This document shows, piece after piece, positions 29,622-37,738 of a stretch of DNA of 64,000 nt. Below the pieces are notes generated by a model that saw only the letters and a list, made by a program, of their open reading frames with translations, was not told where the DNA came from and did no database searches. Positions within the stretch are counted from its first letter, which is position 1. Each line of letters starts with the position of its first letter. The position numbers and the translations under genes are program-made. The DNA comes from Candidatus Eiseniibacteriota bacterium (GTDB lineage: Bacteria > Eisenbacteria > RBG-16-71-46 > CAVPCR01), in the NCBI GenBank assembly GCA_963702435.1, contig CAVPCR010000001.1:1056001-1120000 (forward strand), given 5' to 3'.

Positions 29622-29940
29622 GCACCGATCGGACACCACGACCGGCAGTTGGCATCATCACAGCGCATTGATGTCCACTGTGGCAACGCGCTCGATGTGG
29701 GCGCCCCTCCACCGGCCGAGACGTTGACCCCGAGACCACCTCGCGCCAGGCTTGTCAGACAGGAGCTAGGTGTCCGTGGACGCGGCTTGCGTTCGGCGAC
29801 ACCTGCGCGTGGAGGACGCCGCCCGACCCGCGCTTCGAGTTCGACTGACGGGAGAGGGCGGCGTGAGCCTGGGACGGCCGATCGATCCCCGAGGCGAGAG
29901 AGGCAGCCGGGGCGGCCTCTCCGCCATCGGCACAGGAGAG

Positions 29941-30570
29941 CTACTGGAACAGCGCCTTCACCTCGCCCCAGGTCGACGGCTCGACCGTCACCGCCGCCGA
30001 GATCGTCATCGACGTGAAGTCGATCCCCAAGACGACGTTGTCCGGGGCCACCCGCCACAACCCAAAGCCGAACCTATTCAGCCCGGTGAAGCCGTAGGTC
30101 CCGAGCGCGGCGAGGATGTCGAGCGAGCCGAGTGTGGTGCCCACATAGCCCAGATCCAGGTTGAACTGGATCGGCGTCTGCATCAGCGGGACGCCGCCGG
30201 GAGAGAGCGGGCTCGTCGAGACGAAGAACCCGTCGCTGACCGGGAAGCCGTCGACCAGTGTGAAGTACGGCGTCTCGCCGGGGGGGAACGGATTCAGCAA
30301 GCCCATGTTGAGGCCCGACGAGAATGCGAGCGCAAAGGACGGCTGTTCGATGACATAGCCGCGCGTGTCGCCGGGGATGCCCTCGACGAAGTTGTTGGAG
30401 TCGACCTGGAAGGTGACCGCTGCCTGTTCCCCCGCGACGATCGCGTTGAGCGGCGGGGTGGTGATTGTGTTGAACACGACCTGCCCGTTCGCGGTGACGG
30501 AGACCAGGTCGGCGTGGGCGCCGGTCGCCACCAGCATGGCTGTGACCAGGATCGTGAGCAGGAGCTTCAT
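29941..30570 (-). CDS. Secreted protein with C-terminal 'VEPSTWGEVKALFQ' putative sorting motif
   Basis: Clear signal peptide (ATGAHA), AGGAGGAG ribosome-binding site, beta-rich body. Confidence 0.8.
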   Translation of the reverse strand: MKLLLTILVTAMLVATGAHADLVSVTANGQVVFNTITTPPLNAIVAGEQAAVTFQVDSNNFVEGIPGDTRGYVIEQPSFALAFSSGLNMGLLNPFPPGETPYFTLVDGFPVSDGFFVSTSPLSPGGVPLMQTPIQFNLDLGYVGTTLGSLDILAALGTYGFTGLNRFGFGLWRVAPDNVVLGIDFTSMTISAAVTVEPSTWGEVKALFQ

Positions 30571-30666
30571 GGTAGTTCTCCTCCTTGAGAAGTCGGTGTC
30601 AGCCCGTGGTAGAAGCTGGCAATGATCATAACATCAAGCGTAGGCACCGCCCGGCGCGGCCCCCGC

Positions 30667-33600
30667 TCACAGGTCCCGCCTCCCCTGCTTCCGCTCCTGC
30701 AGCAAGACCGTGCGGTCGGGGTCCATCTCGACGCGCTCGGGCTTGAAGTCGCAGGCGATCTCGCCTGAAGCCGGGGTCGTGCCGCGGAGCGCCACCGCCC
30801 CTCGCGACTCGCGGTAGTCGGCCTTTCCCTTCTCACCGGCGCTCGCGGCGACGACCAGGTCGAGATCCCCGCTCGTCCGGTTCGCGACCGTGAAGGCGAC
30901 GCGCCAGGCACCGCCGTCCGCTGCTGCGCGCCCGACCCGGGCGTAGTGCGGATCGGGAATCGCCTTCCCGAACACATACTGGGCGAAGAGCGGCGCCGTC
31001 TCCGGGTAGAGCTCGGTGAAGACCGCGCGCAGATCGGTCATGGTCGGATGATCGGCCTGGAACGAGAAGCGGCGGATGAACTCGCCGAGCCCGGCCAGCA
31101 TCCGCTCCTCGCCGAGCTTCCGGTGCAGCATGTAGAAGACGATGCCGCCGCGGTTGTAGCTCAAGGCCTCGTCGCCGCGCCGCGTCCCGTCGACGAGCGC
31201 GAGCGGCTGCTCCTCGTTGGCATCGCGCCGCCTGAGATAGCGATCCTCGTAGTCCTCGAACATCTGGTGGCGCTTCTCCTCGTCCTCGTAGCGCTCGGCC
31301 ATGAGGAGCGCCGAGTAGTTGGCGAGGCCCTCGGTGATGACGCCCGCACCCTTGGCGTGGCCGGGCCAGATGACGGTACCCCACCACTGGTGCGCCACTT
31401 CATGCGCCGTGACGTAGAAATTCAGGTTGGGACGCTCCTTCGAGTCGCGGGTCAGGAAGCCAATCCCCTCCGAGAAGGGGATGAGCGTCGGATAACCCAT
31501 GGCGAAGGTGGCGAGGCGCGGGAACTCGGCAATGCGGAGCTCTGCGTACGGGAATGGCGAGAAGGCCGTGGAGTAGGTCTCCCGCGATTTGACGAGGGCA
31601 TCCAGGATCTTCGGCGCGTTCTCGGCATGGGCGGCCGCGTAGTAGACGCCGTTGGCCCCCTCGCGCTGCATGTCCCAGCGACCGGCCATGATCGGGAAGA
31701 AGTAGATGGGGCCGTCGGACACGTACTCGAACTCGCGGCGCCCGCCCGTCAGATCCCGCTGCGCGACCAGGTTCCCGGCGGAGAGGACGTCTTCCCCGGC
31801 CGGCACGCGGATCCGCGCCCGGTACGGATAGGCGAAGGTCTGGCGCATGAGCCCCGGCGTCTGTCCGGCGCCGTCCGATTCCGGCAGCGGATCGCGCTTC
31901 GGCAGTTCGAACTTCCGGCGCGTGCGGTCGTTCCCGATCTCCATGTCCTCGGCATAGCCGACGATCGGGAGCCAGGGCAGCGCCGCGAACGAATGGAGGT
32001 AGCTGCCGCCGGGCTCGATGAAGGTGTCGAGGCCGCCGCCGTGGCGGGGCGGGCCGTCGGGGATCCGCCCGCGCCAGTTCCAGGTGAGGCGCGCCTCGGC
32101 GCCCGGCGCGAGCGGCGCGGGCAGGACGAAGGTGGCAACGGCCACCTCGTACCGGGCGGGTGGCCGCCCGTCCAGACGGATGACCCCCTTCTCGAGGAGC
32201 GGCGGATAGACGGTCACGTGCACCGAGTCGAGGAACGCGGCGCTCACGTTCCGGAGGCGCACGTCGCCGGCCAGCGCGAAGGCGTTGCGGTCCGGATAGA
32301 GGTCGAGGTCGAGATCCACCCCGGCGATCTCCGGCTCCGGGCAGTCGAAGAGCCACGGCCGCACTTCCTTCTCGTAGCGCACGCGCAGGCGCTCGAAGGC
32401 GAGCGAGCCCATGCCGCCCTCGACCAGTACGTGGAGGCCGACACCGAGGAGCGCCGCAAGGAGAAGGAAAGTGATGGCCGGACCGACTGCGCCGCGCCGC
32501 CGCCACTCGCCCGGGGCGAGGGCGCGCCGGACGGCGCCGCCCGTGCGCGGATAGAGCGCCACCGCGATGCAGAAGAGAAGACCCGCGATCGCCGCCACGT
32601 AGAACCGCTGCATCACGACTTCGGTGCGCAGCGGGCCGATGCCGACCATGTCCGAGTAGGTCGTCAGGTTCAAGCCCGGGAGGTTGTAGAGCCAGTGCCG
32701 GTGGCCGCGCACGAACGCCCACACGAGCCCGCCGCCCGCGGCGAGGAAGAGCGCGTAGCCGCCGGGCTTCGAGCGCGCGGCGATCGAGAGGGCCGCCGCG
32801 AGGGTCACCATGAGCAGCACGGTCGGCGCCAGGTAGAAACCGAAGATGACGAGGAACGGCCGGAGATCGACCGGGCCGCCCCGGTGGATCAGCTGGTAGG
32901 CGATCGCGGTCAGGAAAGCGACCGCGACGAGCCCCGCGCAGAGGGCGAGGTTCGCCATCACCTTGCCGCCGATGATCGCCATCTCCGGTACCGGATAGGC
33001 GTGCAGGGTGTCGGCGAGCCCCTCCTCGCGCTCGCGATAGATGGTCTCGCCGATGAAGAAGGTGGTCGTCCCGAACAGGAACATGACCAGGGTCCAGAAC
33101 ATGCTGCGCGCGACCTCGCTCGACACGGGCACCCGCTCCGCCCCGAAGGGGCCGGCCGAGAGGTCCACGCTCGACCAGAGGATGACCGCGAGCAGCGGGA
33201 TCAGGAAGTAGAGCGAGCGCTCGTGCGAGAGGAGACGGATCTCGGCGGCCGCCACCCGGCGGAGCTGGCGGAGCCGGCCGATCGCGAGCGGCACCTGGGC
33301 GGCGAGCGGCCGGAGCGGTCCGACCGGATGACCCAGCTCGTGATCCGGTGCGACGACGGCGGTGCGCCCCATCCGCCCGGCCCCCGCCTCGCGTCGGGCG
33401 AAACCGCGCGCGACCAGAAGGAGCGGGATGAGCCCGGCGAGGACCACGCCGATCCGGTTCAAGAGGAAGCCGGGATCGCCGAGCCAGGTGAGCGCGTTGA
33501 GCTGGATGTTGGTCTTCCCCGTCGCCTCGACCTCGGCCATGTAGATGAGACCCGTCGGATCGAGGTAGGACACCCAGCGGTGCTCGACCTTCTGCACCAG

Positions 33601-34209
33601 GTTGATCGCGATGAAGTAGGCGATGAAGAAGAGCGTCACCAGGCTGTAGACGAGCTTCGGGCTCCCGGTCGCGATGGCGAGCGCGAAGACGAGCCCCGCC
33701 ACCAGGATCACCCACGGCAGGTAGAACTGAACGTAGGCGACGACGAAGCCGATGGCGTTCGGCGGGATGAGCCCGATCGCCGGATTGGGCACGAACTGCA
33801 TGGTCGCGGCCACGGCGATGAAGAAGAGCGGAACGGCGAGCGGCAGCGCGAGCGCGCCGAGGAACTTCCCGAGCACATAGGTGCGGCCGCTCACCGGAGA
33901 GGAGAGGACGAGCGGCAGGAGGCCGATGCGCCGGTCCCGGAGCACGGGATCCACGGTGAGCGCGGCGATGAAATGCATGAACAGGAAGCCGAGCACGGCG
34001 AGCATGATCGAGAGCGAGTAGGCCGAGTTCCGCCCCAGCTTGACCCCCTGGGTCAAGCTGTCCTCACCCGGGGACACGGCCACGTACTTGGTGAAGTAGA
34101 AGTAGCCGATGGCGGCGAACACGGCGGCCATGAACCAGAAGGCGAAGCGCCGCAGCCCGAGCGCGAGCTCGGTCCACGCCACCTGCCTGAGTACGTTGCG
34201 CGCGCGCAT
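30667..34209 (-). CDS. ABC-2-type permease (two TM blocks) fused to an M1-family zinc aminopeptidase
   Basis: Two permease repeats (YVLGKFLG; IIGGKVMA); AHEVAHQWWG...ITEGLANYS (HEXXH-x18-E), YNRGGIVFYML. Confidence 0.88.
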   Translation of the reverse strand: MRARNVLRQVAWTELALGLRRFAFWFMAAVFAAIGYFYFTKYVAVSPGEDSLTQGVKLGRNSAYSLSIMLAVLGFLFMHFIAALTVDPVLRDRRIGLLPLVLSSPVSGRTYVLGKFLGALALPLAVPLFFIAVAATMQFVPNPAIGLIPPNAIGFVVAYVQFYLPWVILVAGLVFALAIATGSPKLVYSLVTLFFIAYFIAINLVQKVEHRWVSYLDPTGLIYMAEVEATGKTNIQLNALTWLGDPGFLLNRIGVVLAGLIPLLLVARGFARREAGAGRMGRTAVVAPDHELGHPVGPLRPLAAQVPLAIGRLRQLRRVAAAEIRLLSHERSLYFLIPLLAVILWSSVDLSAGPFGAERVPVSSEVARSMFWTLVMFLFGTTTFFIGETIYREREEGLADTLHAYPVPEMAIIGGKVMANLALCAGLVAVAFLTAIAYQLIHRGGPVDLRPFLVIFGFYLAPTVLLMVTLAAALSIAARSKPGGYALFLAAGGGLVWAFVRGHRHWLYNLPGLNLTTYSDMVGIGPLRTEVVMQRFYVAAIAGLLFCIAVALYPRTGGAVRRALAPGEWRRRGAVGPAITFLLLAALLGVGLHVLVEGGMGSLAFERLRVRYEKEVRPWLFDCPEPEIAGVDLDLDLYPDRNAFALAGDVRLRNVSAAFLDSVHVTVYPPLLEKGVIRLDGRPPARYEVAVATFVLPAPLAPGAEARLTWNWRGRIPDGPPRHGGGLDTFIEPGGSYLHSFAALPWLPIVGYAEDMEIGNDRTRRKFELPKRDPLPESDGAGQTPGLMRQTFAYPYRARIRVPAGEDVLSAGNLVAQRDLTGGRREFEYVSDGPIYFFPIMAGRWDMQREGANGVYYAAAHAENAPKILDALVKSRETYSTAFSPFPYAELRIAEFPRLATFAMGYPTLIPFSEGIGFLTRDSKERPNLNFYVTAHEVAHQWWGTVIWPGHAKGAGVITEGLANYSALLMAERYEDEEKRHQMFEDYEDRYLRRRDANEEQPLALVDGTRRGDEALSYNRGGIVFYMLHRKLGEERMLAGLGEFIRRFSFQADHPTMTDLRAVFTELYPETAPLFAQYVFGKAIPDPHYARVGRAAADGGAWRVAFTVANRTSGDLDLVVAASAGEKGKADYRESRGAVALRGTTPASGEIACDFKPERVEMDPDRTVLLQERKQGRRDL

Positions 34210-35090
34210 CACTCTCTCCCGACCGCGGTGCCGACGAGGCTGAAGTACGCGTCCTCGAGGATCCCGCTCGCCGGGCGGAATCCGTCCGGCGGCGCCGCGC
34301 TGGCGGCCAGGATCTTGAGCCGCACGGTCGTGGGGCTTGCCACCATGCGCGAGAGGATGTGGCAGTGGCGATCGAGCTCCGCCAGGCGCGCGGACGGCAC
34401 CGTGGCCTCGAACACCTTGCCGTCGAGCTTGCTGACGGCCTCGCCCGGCGTCGTATCGGCGACGATCCGGCCGCGATCGATGACCGCCATGCGCGAGCAG
34501 AGGACCGACACATCGCTCACGATGTGGGTCGAGAGGATGACCACGATGTCCTGGCTCACCTCGGCGAGAAGATTGTGGAAGCGGAGCCGCTCTTCGGGAT
34601 CCAGCCCCGCCGTCGGCTCATCCACGATGAGGAGCCGCGGCCGCGCGAGGAGCGCCTGCGCGATGCCGAGGCGCTGCCGCATGCCGCCGGAAAAACCGCC
34701 GAGCTTGCGGTTCCGGGCCTCGGCCAGGTTGACGCGCGAGATGACCTCGTCCACCCGCGCCCGCCGCTCGCGGGTCGGGATGCCGCGGAGCGCGGCGAAG
34801 TAGTCGAGCATCTGGCGGGCGGTGAACGACGGGTAGAACCCGAAGTCCTGCGGCAGATAGCCGACCCACTCGCGGATCTTTTGCCTCTCCTTGAGCAGGT
34901 CCACACCGGCGAAGGTGACCTCCCCGGCATCCGGCTCGAGCAGCGTGGCGAGGATCTTCATGAGGGTCGACTTGCCGGCGCCGTTCGGACCGAGGAGGCC
35001 GAACATGCCGGGACCCACCTCGAGGTTCACGCCATCGAGGGCACGCACGCCGCCCGGATAGGTCTTCACGAGTCCGCGAATCGCCAGCAT
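34209..35090 (-). CDS. ABC transporter ATP-binding protein
   Basis: GPNGAGKST, FSGGMRQR, LIVDEPTAGLDP, LSTH. Confidence 0.95.
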   Translation of the reverse strand: MLAIRGLVKTYPGGVRALDGVNLEVGPGMFGLLGPNGAGKSTLMKILATLLEPDAGEVTFAGVDLLKERQKIREWVGYLPQDFGFYPSFTARQMLDYFAALRGIPTRERRARVDEVISRVNLAEARNRKLGGFSGGMRQRLGIAQALLARPRLLIVDEPTAGLDPEERLRFHNLLAEVSQDIVVILSTHIVSDVSVLCSRMAVIDRGRIVADTTPGEAVSKLDGKVFEATVPSARLAELDRHCHILSRMVASPTTVRLKILAASAAPPDGFRPASGILEDAYFSLVGTAVGRE

Positions 35091-35146
35091 GGTGAGCCTC
35101 CTCCCGGCCGGCGGCCCCACGGCCGGCGGCCCCGTTCCGCATCCCG

Positions 35147-35623
35147 CTAGGTCAGGTTCGTCTTGATCAGCCGCTCGATGTCGCGCAGCTCGCCGAGCAC
35201 GCGCTCGGCCTCGGCGATCTTGTCGTGCAGGCGCTTCAGGAGCCGCCGCCGCTCGAGCCCGGTCGCGATGACATGGCGCATGTGCTCCGGGTCCCACGGC
35301 TTCTCGAGGTACTGGTAGAGCCCGACCTCGTTGATCGCCCGGAGCGCGTTGTCCTTGTCCGCATAGCCGGTCATGAGCACGCGCACGGCGTCCGGATGGA
35401 GCCGCTTGGCCGCGGCCAGGAAGTCGATCCCGTTCATGTCGGCCATGCGCAGATCGGCGACCACGAGGTCCACCTGGTTGTGCTTCAGGAACTCGAGCGC
35501 CTGGCGCGGCGAGTTGAAGGCGATGACCTCGTAGTTGGTCTCGAGGCTGAGGAAGGTCTTCAGGCTGCCGGTGACGATCTCCTCGTCATCGACGAGCAGG
35601 ACTCGCTGCGGTGCGTCGCTCAT
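35147..35623 (-). CDS. Response regulator (receiver domain plus coiled coil)
   Basis: VLLVDDE, VADLRM, LMTGYAD, YLEKPWD. Confidence 0.9.
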   Translation of the reverse strand: MSDAPQRVLLVDDEEIVTGSLKTFLSLETNYEVIAFNSPRQALEFLKHNQVDLVVADLRMADMNGIDFLAAAKRLHPDAVRVLMTGYADKDNALRAINEVGLYQYLEKPWDPEHMRHVIATGLERRRLLKRLHDKIAEAERVLGELRDIERLIKTNLT

Positions 35624-35869
35624 CAGCTTCCCCCCTGCCGGCGCCCCGCTCTTGCGTCTACGGCCACGAGCGGCCCCGGGATGCGCAAAGTGGGAGTGGA
35701 CCCTCGGATGACCTGGCTGACCGGCCCGCGCCGCGAGAGCCGGCTCGAGCCTTGATCCGGGAGCCAGGACCGTCATCCGGCCGGGGGAGATTAGCGAATG
35801 CGGCGGCAAGTGGGGAGAGAGCGCGCGGGATCCAAGGCCGTCCAGCGCCGCGGGCCGAGCACGCTCGGG

Positions 35870-36112
35870 CTACGGATTGCGGGGGGTGCGCTGGGCGAGG
35901 AAGCTGTGCAGCCGATCCCGGAGCTCGGCGGGGATGGTCTCGATGGTCGGGATCTGGCCGCTGGCCGCGATCATGCGGCGAAACGTATCCACATAGAAGA
36001 CGCACGGCATGCACTCGGAGAGGTGCGCGTCCATGTGGCCCATCGTCTCTTTGTCGAGATCCTCGTCCAGGTAGGCTGAGAGGAGCTCGACGATCTGGTG
36101 GCAGTACATCAT
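35870..36112 (-). CDS. Zinc-binding anti-sigma factor (zf-HC2/ZAS)
   Basis: CHQIVELLSAYLD...HLSECMPC; lies downstream of an ECF sigma. Confidence 0.85.
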   Translation of the reverse strand: MMYCHQIVELLSAYLDEDLDKETMGHMDAHLSECMPCVFYVDTFRRMIAASGQIPTIETIPAELRDRLHSFLAQRTPRNP

Positions 36113-36270
36113 GGGTAAATGGGGGCTATCGGTTTGAGGCGGCCCATCTTATCGGATCGCCGCGGCTTCCCGGACGATTCGCCATTTTCCTCGGGCCGGC
36201 CTCCGGCGGCATTCGGGCCGGGGTCGCCCACGAGCGGCCCCGAGCCAACGGCCCCGGGCGGGCCCGGAAC

Positions 36271-36864
36271 CTAGAACGGGAACACCTGGCGCTCGAAATA
36301 GCGCGCCAACTTCTTGCGAAGCAACAACCTGGCTCGATGGAGCCGGGATTTGACGGCCGGCACCGAGAGCTCGAGGACGCGGGCCACCTCCTCGTTCGAC
36401 ATGCCCTCCACGTCGCGCAGCGTGAGCACGATCCGAAAATCCTCGGGCAAACGCTCGATCGCCCGGCTGATCACGGAGAGCGCCTCGTTCGTGAGCAAGG
36501 GCCGGTCGGGCGCCTCCGGGGTCGAATCCTGCCTTTCCAGGAGCGCGATCTCCGCCTGCGGCATCGCCTCCTCGAGATCGGCGTGCTGGTGCCGCTTCTC
36601 GAGGTTCAGCTTGGCGAAGCAGGCGTTGGCCGCGATGCGGTAGATCCAGCTCGAAAGGGCCGACTCCCCACGGAAGGTCCCGATCTTCTCGTAGATCTTG
36701 AGAAAGACCTCCTGCATCACCTCTTCAGCGAGCGTCTCGTTGCGGGTGAGCTTGATCGCCAGCCGGTAGACCTTGTTCTCGTAGCGAGAGACGAGGTCCT
36801 CGAAGGCTTGCTGATCGCCGTTCTTCACCCGCTCGATGAGAGTCGCTTCGTCGACTTGCGGCAT
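36271..36864 (-). CDS. ECF-family RNA polymerase sigma factor
   Basis: GDQQAFEDLV, AEEVMQEVF, SWIYRIAAN, LRDVEGMSNEEVA..VKSRLHRAR. Confidence 0.93.
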   Translation of the reverse strand: MPQVDEATLIERVKNGDQQAFEDLVSRYENKVYRLAIKLTRNETLAEEVMQEVFLKIYEKIGTFRGESALSSWIYRIAANACFAKLNLEKRHQHADLEEAMPQAEIALLERQDSTPEAPDRPLLTNEALSVISRAIERLPEDFRIVLTLRDVEGMSNEEVARVLELSVPAVKSRLHRARLLLRKKLARYFERQVFPF

Positions 36865-37081
36865 CGCGCTGGCTCCACCTCGGGGTAGTGAAGGAGTCCT
36901 TGCAGGATCCGGACCGGACCGGGCGAAGCATCATTGGGCCTCGCCCCGCCGTTATGGGACCGGCGAGTGTAACACAGATGCCGGCCCGCGGTCGGGTCGC
37001 GGCGGTCGGGTCGCGGCGGTCGGGGTCCACGGCCGGGCTCGGGGCCGAACCCGGGGCGGGGTCCGGCCCATGCGACAGGCG

Positions 37082-37618
37082 TCAGGCCTTCCGGAACCGG
37101 ACCGCCACCGGCTTCACGTGGGGAAACTCCATCCCCGGCCTGCCGAGGCGCTCCTCGACGAGATCGCCCATCGGCCCCCAGACTGCCATCACCTCGGGCA
37201 TCTGGTGGGCGCGACCGGCCGCCTCCCCATCCACCCAGGAGAAGACCTCCACGAAGAACGTCTTCCCCGATTCGTCCCGGCCCTCGAAGACGACCGGGCG
37301 CTCGGGGGTGGCGAGCTTGGCCTGGCGGAGTGTCGGCCAGTGCCGCCCGATCAGCTCGAGCATGGCGGCTTCGCTCCCTTCCTTGACTCGGTAGGTGCAG
37401 ATCACCGCCTCGGCGTTCGGATAGCGAGCCGTGCGAGCCGCAGCCTTCTTCGCCGCCTTTCTGGCGACCTTCTTCGCCGCCTTCTTGGTGGCGGCCTTCC
37501 TGGTGGCCTTGGTCGCAGCCTTGGCTGCGGCCTTGGTCGCGGCCTTCCTGGTGGCGGCCTTCTTCGCCTTGCTCACCATCTTCACCTTCTTGGCCCTCTC
37601 GGCCTTCTTGTTCGCCAT
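37082..37618 (-). CDS. Protein with histone H1-like Lys/Ala N-terminus and a probable dimeric alpha-beta barrel (ABM-like) domain
   Basis: KAATRKAATKAAAK repeats, then VICTYRVKEG...FVEVFSW..AHQMPEV; GGAG ribosome-binding site before ATG 37618. Confidence 0.7.
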   Translation of the reverse strand: MANKKAERAKKVKMVSKAKKAATRKAATKAAAKAATKATRKAATKKAAKKVARKAAKKAAARTARYPNAEAVICTYRVKEGSEAAMLELIGRHWPTLRQAKLATPERPVVFEGRDESGKTFFVEVFSWVDGEAAGRAHQMPEVMAVWGPMGDLVEERLGRPGMEFPHVKPVAVRFRKA

Positions 37619-37738
37619 GGTCGGCACTCCTTCCCCATCGAGCGTCGTGTGCGTTCCCGAGCCGCGATGATGGCATGACCCGGCTCGCCGCGCTATCCTC
37701 CACGCTGGCACCCCGACCGGAAACCCGTCCCCACCGTG

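Noticed and set aside
26217..29851. Integrative element bounded by attL/attR
   Set aside because: No integrase or transposase is inside or nearby, and the cargo is housekeeping-like (tex); kept only as a rearrangement scar.
30946..34803. 1285-aa plus-strand ORF, and similar long overlapping ORFs such as 35-1867, 313-2016, 2013-4202, 13341-15848, 40158-41960 and 57368-59737
   Set aside because: Antisense or off-frame shadows of real genes, expected in very high-GC DNA; no recognisable motifs.
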